From Candidatus Brocadia sp. (lineage in GTDB: Bacteria; Planctomycetota; Brocadiia; Brocadiales; Brocadiaceae), in NCBI GenBank assembly GCA_021650915.1, contig CP091279.1, positions 660,001 to 692,000 on the forward strand: DNA of 32,000 nucleotides. The letters run 5' to 3'. The position numbers were made by a program, and so were the translations under genes. The notes beneath the pieces are model-generated. The model searched no databases. It was not told where the DNA came from and saw only the letters and a list, made by a program, of their open reading frames with translations. This document shows, in pieces, positions 10,581 through 17,257 of this stretch; within the stretch, counting starts at the first letter, position 1, and every line of letters starts with the position of its first letter.

Positions 10581-10620
10581 TCATAAGGTAATGTTGTCAT
10601 AAGGTTTTTTCTGCTTGACA
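10581..10620 (+). promoter_or_regulatory. Direct repeat TCATAAGGT (x2, 16-bp register) abutting a TTGACA box; putative regulated promoter of the macro/kinase operon
   Basis: TCATAAGGT occurs at 10581-10589 and again at 10597-10605, with TTGACA at 10615-10620. No convincing -10 hexamer at 16-18 nt spacing, so this is weak. Confidence 0.25.
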
Positions 10621-10712
10621 ATTATTGTTAAATAAATTCCAATAACCAAATCAACGCAATGATGTGAATCCGCTAGCAGGGAATTCTTATGCAGGTTTTT
10701 CAGGATAACAAA

Positions 10713-11249
10713 ATGATACAAATTACTATAAACAAGGCAGTGTTAGAACTCACTGAGGGTGATATTACGGAACAGGAAACGGATGCTATCGTCAACGCTG
10801 CAAATTCGAGTCTTTTGGGTGGTGGCGGGGTAGACGGAGCAATCCACAGGGCTGGCGGACATTCAATATTGGAGGAGTGCAAAAAGATAGGGGGGTGTCC
10901 AACGGGTGAAGCGCGAATCACCACCGGAGGGAACCTGAAGGCAAGGTACGTTATTCATACGGTGGGACCGGTTTATCACGACGGCAAGAGGAATGAGCCG
11001 GAATTGTTGGCCAATACATATAAAAATAGTCTTATCCTTGCATCTCAATATAATCTTAGAAGTGTGGCATTTCCGTCTATCAGCACGGGTGCCTATGGTT
11101 TTCCTATGAACGAAGCAGCCGTAATAGCTTTAAAGACCGTGATGGCCTATTTAAAAACCCATACGGATATCCGTATGGTGCGTTTTGTCCTCTTCAACCT
11201 GAAGGCATACCAAATTTACGAAGACTCGTTAAAGGCATTCATGGGGTAA
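10713..11249 (+). CDS. Macro-domain protein (YmdB-like O-acetyl-ADP-ribose deacetylase / ADP-ribose binding)
   Basis: GDITEQETDAIVNAANSSLLGGGGVDGAIHRAGG and FPSISTGAYGFP motifs. The track start is 10689. The ATG at 10713 has AGGA upstream and matches the family N-terminus better. Confidence 0.85.
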   Translation: MIQITINKAVLELTEGDITEQETDAIVNAANSSLLGGGGVDGAIHRAGGHSILEECKKIGGCPTGEARITTGGNLKARYVIHTVGPVYHDGKRNEPELLANTYKNSLILASQYNLRSVAFPSISTGAYGFPMNEAAVIALKTVMAYLKTHTDIRMVRFVLFNLKAYQIYEDSLKAFMG

Positions 11250-11255
11250 AATACC

Positions 11256-12827
11256 GTGTTTACCACCAAAAAAGAGATTATCATGAGGATCAATAAGATT
11301 ATTTTCTCCAGTCTGGATATTCGCGAGGTTTACCAGACGATGAGCAACGAGCTCTTGAAAGTAATTGATTTTGACCGGTTGAGCGTTACCCTTATTACGG
11401 AAGATAATAATCTCTATGAAAACTTTGTTCTGTCAAAGGATTATGAACATACGGCGTTGAAAGAAGGGGTATTCTATCCTATGGAAGGAAGCCTAATGAA
11501 ACGCGTTGTGCAGTATCGTGAGCCGGTGATTGTCGATGATACGTCGAAGGGGCGGTTTCTTACTGATACGGTTTTGTTCAAAGAAGGAATTCGGTCACGG
11601 TTGGGTTTTCCCTTAGAATACAAGGGAAAGGTGATTGGAAGTGTAAATTTTGGCACCAAGCGGAAAGTCTATTATTCAAAGAAACATATCCATTTTTTCT
11701 CACAAATTGCCCCTCAACTGGCTATGGCAATTGAGAATACCCGTCTTTTTAACAAGATTAAAGAAGCGGAAAAAAAATACCGGGATATTATTGAAAGTTC
11801 GCCGGATATTATCTTTGAGTGTACGACTGAGGGAAAGTTTCTCCTGATGAGTGCTGCTCTAGAAAAGATTACGGGTTATCCGGCAGACCATTTTTATCAT
11901 AACCAGGGGTATGGTTTATCTCTTTGCCATAGCGACGATCGGGAACGGGTGCAGAATGAAATTCTTCAGCTCTTGCATGGGTTACGTGGCATTTTACTGG
12001 ACCTCGAATTTCGTGTGATTCACAAGCAAGGAATGGTTGTATGGTTATCGCTTGAAGCGCTTCCTCTTAAAGAAGGTAATACGATCGTTGGCATTGAGGG
12101 TTTTTGCCGCGATATCACCGAAAGAAAAAAATTGGAAGAATTAAAGGATAATCTGATTCGTGACGTTACTCATGAACTGAAGACACCCGTTGCCAAGATA
12201 GAGATGGCTGTAGATATGTTTGAACGTTCTCTTAACGCGGGGAATGAAGGCGTCTCCAAAAGAGGTTTTCAGGTGCATGAAATACTGAGAAATAATATCG
12301 GCCGTTTGAAGAATAGTATAAAAAACATCCTTGATATCTCCAAACTGGAATCAGGGACGGAACTCTTGAATGTGTCCCTTGTTTCTGTCGCCGATATGGT
12401 GAAACAGGTTATCAGCGAAATGACGGAGGCCGCTACTGTGAAAGGGGATGTTATCGTCAATCTTCTGTCGCCTGCTCTTCCCATGATAAGAGCAGATCGG
12501 GACAAAATATACCAGTTAATAGCACACCTGATCGATAATGCGATAAAATTTACCGAACAGGGAAAAATTAGTATATCGGCGCGGACATTCCCGGATGCAC
12601 TTGAGCTAACCGTAGAAGATACGGGCCGGGGATTGGATGAAGAAACAAAAAAGCGGGTATTTGAGAAGTTTTACAAGGAAACACCTTCGGCCTATGGGTC
12701 GGGGATTGGTCTTGCAATCTGCAAAAATATTGTGCAAATCCATAAGGGTAAAATTTGGGTAGAATCCAAGGGAAAAGGAATGGGATCGCAGTTTACTTTT
12801 ACCTTGCCGATAACTGGAGACCGTTAG
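11256..12827 (+). CDS. Cytoplasmic sensor histidine kinase (GAF + PAS + HisKA + HATPase_c)
   Basis: H-box VTHELKTPV, N-box DNAIKFT, G1 EDTGRGL, G2 GSGIGLAICK. No TM segments. GTG start 7 nt after the macro gene stop (alternative ATG at 11283). Confidence 0.85.
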   Translation: MFTTKKEIIMRINKIIFSSLDIREVYQTMSNELLKVIDFDRLSVTLITEDNNLYENFVLSKDYEHTALKEGVFYPMEGSLMKRVVQYREPVIVDDTSKGRFLTDTVLFKEGIRSRLGFPLEYKGKVIGSVNFGTKRKVYYSKKHIHFFSQIAPQLAMAIENTRLFNKIKEAEKKYRDIIESSPDIIFECTTEGKFLLMSAALEKITGYPADHFYHNQGYGLSLCHSDDRERVQNEILQLLHGLRGILLDLEFRVIHKQGMVVWLSLEALPLKEGNTIVGIEGFCRDITERKKLEELKDNLIRDVTHELKTPVAKIEMAVDMFERSLNAGNEGVSKRGFQVHEILRNNIGRLKNSIKNILDISKLESGTELLNVSLVSVADMVKQVISEMTEAATVKGDVIVNLLSPALPMIRADRDKIYQLIAHLIDNAIKFTEQGKISISARTFPDALELTVEDTGRGLDEETKKRVFEKFYKETPSAYGSGIGLAICKNIVQIHKGKIWVESKGKGMGSQFTFTLPITGDR

Positions 12828-12874
12828 TTATTTTTCACCTCGAACAATCTTCTTTAAGGAGTTGAAAAAGGATA

Positions 12875-13243
12875 ATGAAGACGATATTGATTATAGAAGA
12901 CGATCAGGAAATGCAGGAATTTTATAAGGATATGTTACAGGGGGAACAATTTACCGTAACTCTGGCCTCAAATGCAGATGAGGGTCTTAAGAAAGCAAAA
13001 GAAAAGAACTACGATTTGGTGATCCTCGATATCTTGATGGAAGGGGTTACGGGTGACCGGATCTTTGCCCTGCTGCGAAAAGACAGCAGGTATAGGAATG
13101 TTCCCGTCATTATGGCCTCTGCTCTTGATGAAAAAACCTATCGGTGTTTTCAAGCATTGGGAAATGTCTCTTTTCTTGAGAAACCGTTTAATAAGGGAAA
13201 GCTTTTCGCTGAGATAGCCAAGAGACTCCAACCGCTTAAATAA
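12875..13243 (+). CDS. Single-domain response regulator (CheY-like receiver)
   Basis: 122 aa with acidic pocket EDD, phospho-acceptor context LVILDILM, and a conserved Lys (EKPF). Confidence 0.85.
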   Translation: MKTILIIEDDQEMQEFYKDMLQGEQFTVTLASNADEGLKKAKEKNYDLVILDILMEGVTGDRIFALLRKDSRYRNVPVIMASALDEKTYRCFQALGNVSFLEKPFNKGKLFAEIAKRLQPLK

Positions 13244-13297
13244 TTTACAAAGCTTTTTGTCTGAAGGGTGATTGTTTCAAATCAGAACAGCAGGAAT

Positions 13298-13331
13298 AAA
13301 AAAGGGTTGTGCAATACGTATCACACAACCC
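13298..13331 (-). terminator. Rho-independent terminator downstream of the zinc-ribbon gene
   Basis: Minus strand: GGGTTGTG (13331-13324) / 12-nt loop / CACAACCC (13311-13304), followed by TTTTTT (13303-13298). Confidence 0.6.
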
Positions 13332-13357
13332 CGCAAACAAATAGGCTAAATATTTTT

Positions 13358-13627
13358 TTAATAAGGTATTTGTATAAATTCTCCCGCGGAACTTCCATCG
13401 TTATTATACACGGTTGGCATGTAAAACGTATTTTCTGCGGCTTGATCTATCTTCTGGTTGCACCGCGGACAACGTCTGTTGTGTGGCCCGCGACTAATAA
13501 ATTTTTTGCCACACATGAGACAACTTCTTTCCGCCTTATCTGTGTAAACATTCTTTAGGGAAAGATTTTTTTCATTATACTTTCTCTGAGCTTTACGTTT
13601 TGATTTTTCTTTTTGTTGAACACTCAT
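13358..13627 (-). CDS. Small basic zinc-ribbon protein of unknown function (89 aa)
   Basis: AGGAG plus a 6-nt spacer before the ATG at 13627. Lys/Arg-rich N-terminus (QQKEKSKRKAQRKYNEK). Single C-x2-C-x13-C-x2-C ribbon (CLMCGKKFISRGPHNRRCPRCN). It has its own terminator and is preceded by the riboswitch leader. Confidence 0.7.
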   Translation of the reverse strand: MSVQQKEKSKRKAQRKYNEKNLSLKNVYTDKAERSCLMCGKKFISRGPHNRRCPRCNQKIDQAAENTFYMPTVYNNDGSSAGEFIQIPY

Positions 13628-13739
13628 GGTAAACTCCTGGATAGATTAAGATGTAATTTATAACTTTGCATAAAAAAACAAAACCAAAAAGAATATTGTT
13701 CCCAATATATTCATAAAAATTTTATCCACTATCATAAAT

Positions 13740-13860
13740 AAAAAAGCCTTACTGCAAAGATATTTTCTTGCATATCTTCGGCAGTAAGGCTGTCTTTATG
13801 ATTAAGACCCTTTACTTTGCGTCCCTTGGTTACCCAAGGTTTGCCTTTATCAGAATATGT
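13740..13860 (-). promoter_or_regulatory. c-di-GMP-I (GEMM-I) type riboswitch: aptamer (about 13779-13855) plus overlapping intrinsic terminator (13740-13793)
   Basis: The minus-strand RNA reads CUGAUAAAGGCAAACCUUGGGUAACCAAGGGACGCAAAGUAAAGGGUCUUAAUCAUAAAGACAGCCUUACUGCCGAAGAUAUGCAAGAAAAUAUCUUUGCAGUAAGGCUUUUUUAUUU. It shows the conserved GGCAAACC, a GNRA-capped hairpin, GGGACGCAAAG and a second hairpin. A long hairpin plus U-run follows. No ORF in the leader. Confidence 0.8.
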
Positions 13861-13886
13861 TTTATTGGATTACTAAAATATCCGCT

Positions 13887-13914
13887 ATTTTAATATTATA
13901 AAATTCTCTGTCAA
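13887..13914 (-). promoter_or_regulatory. Sigma70-like promoter driving the riboswitch leader
   Basis: Minus strand: TTGACA (13914-13909), 16 nt, TAAAAT (13892-13887). Predicted TSS near 13880. Confidence 0.55.
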
Positions 13915-14016
13915 GAAAAATTTCTTAAACAAACAAACTACTCTAACTTTGTTGAATAAAGGGAGTTAGTAATTAAATTGTATAGGAATTTCCATTTTAT
14001 TTATGCGGATTTGCGG

Positions 14017-14105
14017 TAGGGTGGATTAAGCGAGAGCGAATCCACCTTTCCTGTAAATAGTGTTGGTGGATTCGGCGTAAAAACCAACGCCTTGATCCAC
14101 CCTAC
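14017..14105. repeat. REP/BIME-like pair of inverted palindromic units
   Basis: Unit 1 is GTAGGGTGGATTAAGCGAGAGCGAATCCACC (14017-14046). Unit 2, inverted, is GGTGGATTCGGCGTAAAAACCAACGCCTTGATCCACCCTAC (14065-14105). Each unit is a hairpin, and the outer GTAGGGTGGAT/ATCCACCCTAC can also pair. Confidence 0.6.
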
Positions 14106-14202
14106 TCATAACTGGATTCTCTTCGGTGCTCACCTCCGATCCACTGTTTTTTTAATCTTCGTGAGACACGAAAGAATTTGTGATAGCAAAAAACGTTTTT
14201 CC

Positions 14203-14230
14203 TTGTATTTAGATAAAAGCATCGTATAAT
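14203..14230 (+). promoter_or_regulatory. Putative promoter of tRNA-Pro
   Basis: TTGTAT (14203-14208), 16 nt, TATAAT (14225-14230), about 35 nt upstream of the tRNA 5' end. Confidence 0.45.
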
Positions 14231-14265
14231 GGATGCACCCTTTAATAGTGTAATGAGTGTCGTGA

Positions 14266-14343
<78 letters not shown>

Positions 14344-14501
14344 TTTCAAACCCCAGCACATGCCTGTAAAACATTGTAATTCGCATAAACATGTTGATAT
14401 TGAAAAAGTTCAACATGGGAATTCCCGTGAAATCGCAAGTCTTTTTCTGCCTCTTTTCAAAGAATAGGAAACGGAGTGAAATACCCTTGGAAAATACAGG
14501 C

Positions 14502-14789
14502 TTATTTCTTTGATTTCTTAGATTTTCCCGTTTTCTTGACTGCAGGTTTTTTGGGTATTTGTAAGGGCGATGGACGGCAAAGCATTTCCCGTTTTGCCGC
14601 AAGCCGCCCGCATGAATCGCAAATGTACTTTAAATTGACCAGCTTGGGAGAACATACATGCCGAGGATCACCAGTTGTCGTTCCGCAGTATTTACAGGCA
14701 ACAACCTTTTTTGCGGGAATTGGATTACAAAGATGACCTTTTTCTTCCATGACCAAGCCGCACGTCTTGCAGGTATAGATATTTGCCAT
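14502..14789 (-). CDS. Small Cys/His-rich protein with three tandem CxxCG-x8-[H/M]xCxP repeats and a Lys-rich tail (95 aa)
   Basis: The true start is probably the ATG at 14789 (MANIYTCKTCG...), preceded by GGGAGG (14801-14796) with a 6-nt spacer. The track ORF to 14924 is an upstream over-extension. The repeat structure is visible by eye. Confidence 0.65.
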   Translation of the reverse strand: MANIYTCKTCGLVMEEKGHLCNPIPAKKVVACKYCGTTTGDPRHVCSPKLVNLKYICDSCGRLAAKREMLCRPSPLQIPKKPAVKKTGKSKKSKK

Positions 14790-15134
14790 ACAGTACCTCC
14801 CATCTATCCATTTTGTCTCTGATTTCGTTTGTATAAAGAGATTGTATTTTTCTTCATCTTTTCCGAAAAACATCTCTAAAAAAAGAAATTGCCCCTTACT
14901 CTCTCCTTTCTTTAAAAATGTCAAACCAAATCTGTTGTTAAGCTACACCAGGACGCTCTCCCTCTTTATTGTATTGTTTTTTCGTGTACTCCAATTGCCT
15001 AATCGTGATTTTTACTCCGGTACTAAACGGTTCCCGAATTTTTCTGCAGATTGGCATTGATTGAAATGCCACGATGATGGCTTTGTACTCTGACAGGCAT
15101 GCTTACCTTGTATTTTCGCTACTGATTATCTAAG

Positions 15135-15207
15135 TACCCCCAAGGGGATTTGAACCCCTGTCTCCAGGCTGAGAACCTGGCATCCTGGGCCACTAGACGA
15201 TGGGGGC
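15135..15207 (-). tRNA. tRNA-Glu (anticodon CTC), CCA not encoded
   Basis: Minus strand: GCCCCCATCGTCTAGTGGCCCAGGATGCCAGGTTCTCAGCCTGGAGACAGGGGTTCAAATCCCCTTGGGGGTA. Glu-type D arm GTCTAG..GGCCCAGGA, anticodon loop TTCTCAG, T arm AGGGG-TTCAAAT-CCCCT. Confidence 0.85.
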
Positions 15208-15471
15208 CTGTATATGGTATATATGGAAAAAAATATTTAGAATCATCAATAAAGTATCGTACAAAAATACTATATTTATTTTGCGATGTCAATAGAATTT
15301 AGTTTTTGGCGTATGTTTCTTCCATTACTTCTCTTGTGTCTGGAAAACCCCGCCTATTTGCTCGCTTTTTCTGTCACAGGGGTGAAACGTTTGCTGTAAT
15401 TGGTACAAGCATGCACATAAAAGAATCGCTTCTGTTTTTTCGAAAGACGAAATTATTACCTTTGATAAAAG

Positions 15472-15501
15472 TTGAAAGCTTCTGGGTAATCTTGCTATAA
15501 T
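15472..15501 (+). promoter_or_regulatory. Putative extended -10 promoter upstream of the YqhA-like gene
   Basis: TTGAAA (15472-15477), 18 nt, TGC-TATAAT (15493-15501). This would give a leader of about 200 nt. Confidence 0.4.
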
Positions 15502-15710
15502 GCTGTCTTTATAACTTATCCTTGGCTTCTTCTATCGTAGATAATTCCTCAGGCCCGGATAAAAAAAGATAAAAGTGATTTGCTGCGTGACGGTTTTGAA
15601 GTATCGGCCATGTCTGTCCCTGTAAGGACGGGAGGGGCAAAAACAGGAGAATCTGTTATGACGTTATCATGGCTGTCGCCTCAATCAATTAAAATATTTA
15701 AGGGAATTAT

Positions 15711-16250
15711 ATGAAAAATCGGGATTTCTTGACCACTGTCAATAAGGGATTTATTGATGCAGGACGGTATTTTGTTGCAGTCGCTTCTATTCTTACCATT
15801 TTAGCCGCTGGTTTTTTGATCTTTGCCGGGATTTGGGAGTTTCTGAACGGTGTTCCGACGATGATAGCTCTTTTGCAAAAACCTAGCACCAAATGTTTGG
15901 AGTTGTCAGTGCATTTTATTTCTGCAATCGATCTGTTTATGGTTGCTGTAGTGATGTTTGTTATGGGAATTGGACTTTTTGAATTATTTGTTGATAGAGA
16001 TCAATCTATTGACTATCCTCACTGGCTAAGAATACAGGATCTTAACGATCTGAAAGAAAAATTAATTGCCGCAGCCGTAGTAGTTATCGTCATTACCTTT
16101 TTGAAACACATTGTTATGTGGGAAAATCCTTTAGAAACCTTGTACTTTGGAGGCTCTATTGCTCTTGTCATCGTGGCAATCACATTCTTTTCCAAGCTGG
16201 TAGTAAGTGATGAGTTGCGAAAAAAGAAGGGAGGAGAAACGAAACAATGA
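15711..16250 (+). CDS. Integral membrane protein, YqhA/UPF0114-like
   Basis: 179 aa with 4 hydrophobic helices. The pattern IDLFMVAVVMFVMGIGLFELFV followed by LKEKLIAAAVVVIVITFL resembles the UPF0114 family as I remember it. Confidence 0.55.
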   Translation: MKNRDFLTTVNKGFIDAGRYFVAVASILTILAAGFLIFAGIWEFLNGVPTMIALLQKPSTKCLELSVHFISAIDLFMVAVVMFVMGIGLFELFVDRDQSIDYPHWLRIQDLNDLKEKLIAAAVVVIVITFLKHIVMWENPLETLYFGGSIALVIVAITFFSKLVVSDELRKKKGGETKQ

Positions 16251-16574
16251 TTAGAAAGCCCCAACGGTTCTGCGTTGATTGTGCTTAAAATGCTTCTGCA
16301 GGCGGACGGGAAAAATATGCTACAGCGTTCCAAACTTAATGTCTATAATGGTCACCTTGCGTACGTGATTCGCGCGGACACGAGGGATAATATTTTATGC
16401 ATAAGGTTTTTAACGAGAGAAAACTCGTGTACAATAGTATGATACAAACGCATCCCGGCTTTCAATAAAAGGACTGATGAGGAATGTCCCGGTTTCTAAA
16501 GGGGGCATGAAGACTGATATCACTGAAAAAAATAATTCCCTAGCGCAGCACAGCCGCAACCAAATTTCCTTTAT

Positions 16575-16727
16575 GGTAACACTTTAGTTTTTTGAAAAAT
16601 TACCATAATAACGATGTTGCCGCACGGTGTAGGGGCGAAGCATTTGCCATAAATTGGCATACATGGATTCACACCCCAAGCAGGCAAATGCTTCGCCCCC
16701 ACCTTTTCAAAAAACTAAAGTGTTACC
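16575..16727. repeat. Nested inverted-repeat (MITE/REP-like) element
   Basis: Outer perfect 24-bp IR: GGTAACACTTTAGTTTTTTGAAAA (16575-16598) pairs with 16704-16727. Inner perfect 17-bp IR: GGGGCGAAGCATTTGCC (16632-16648) pairs with 16683-16699. Confidence 0.7.
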
Positions 16728-16744
16728 CTTTATGAAAAGGGGGG

Positions 16745-16835
16745 AGATTGCTTCGGAAAAGGCCTCGCAATGACACCAACCATGCACTTTGATGGTACAC
16801 TGCACGTTGTCATTGCGAGTGAAGCGAAGCAATCT
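16745..16835. repeat. Palindromic repeat of the GTCATTGCGAG...CGAAGCAATCT type
   Basis: AGATTGCTTCG..CTCGCAATGACA (16745-16775) is inverted against TGTCATTGCGAG..CGAAGCAATCT (16808-16835). Confidence 0.65.
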
Positions 16836-17073
16836 TTCACTCATAAAAAACGGTACCTCCTGAAAAGGGGTTTGTGAAAAACTTACAAAAAAAGAAATTT
16901 CTATACAGTAATACTCTATAACACCGCAAGAGACCGCAAGAGACGGTCTTACACGGGTATGGACAACGCTTGTGCTCGCCTGCCGAATAATAGTTTCTCC
17001 CTGAAGTAGAGCATCAGTAACAAACATTCATATACCGCGAATCCTTTTCAATTCATCGCTGCCTTGATTTTGG

Positions 17074-17103
17074 TTGTTTTCTCTCCTCTTTTTGTGCTAT
17101 ATT
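17074..17103 (+). promoter_or_regulatory. Possible extended -10 promoter for the hpt / FHA-protease transcription unit
   Basis: TTGTTT (17074-17079), 18 nt, TGC-TATATT (17095-17103). The -35 is weak. Confidence 0.3.
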
Positions 17104-17257
17104 CTTTAAAGAAAAGGCGAACCTCTTTTACATGGTGTTCAAGGCTTAAACCACTCGGAGAGTCCGTCATTTCTGGCTAAAATCTGCAATGAGACTTTGC
17201 CTTAACAACGTTAAATAAAAACTATTCTGCAGAGGATTGAAAAGGAGGTGTGAAGCT

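Noticed and set aside
14390-14417. 8-bp hairpin CATGTTGA..TCAACATG downstream of tRNA-Pro
   Set aside because: There is no adjacent U-run on either strand, so evidence for a terminator is insufficient.
14790-14924. N-terminal 45-aa extension of the Cys-rich ORF
   Set aside because: The extension has no SD and a non-repeat, low-information sequence. The internal ATG at 14789 has a perfect GGGAGG SD.
16474-16500. CUGAUGAG string suggestive of a hammerhead ribozyme core
   Set aside because: The required CGAAA box and helices I, II and III cannot be formed from the flanking sequence.
16575-16835. Considered whether the repeated palindromes form a CRISPR array
   Set aside because: The repeats are inverted rather than direct, are of different sequence families, have no regular repeat-spacer periodicity, and no cas genes are present.
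16707-17027. 106-aa minus-strand ORF
   Set aside because: It is read through palindromic repeat units, and its peptide strings (CHCEAFSEAIS, LLRFTRNDN) are the usual translation artefacts of such repeats. No SD.
17104-17257. Looked for a purine or PRPP riboswitch in the hpt leader
   Set aside because: None of the conserved junction sequences (UAUA..UAUGG..CUACC..CCGUAAA) are present.
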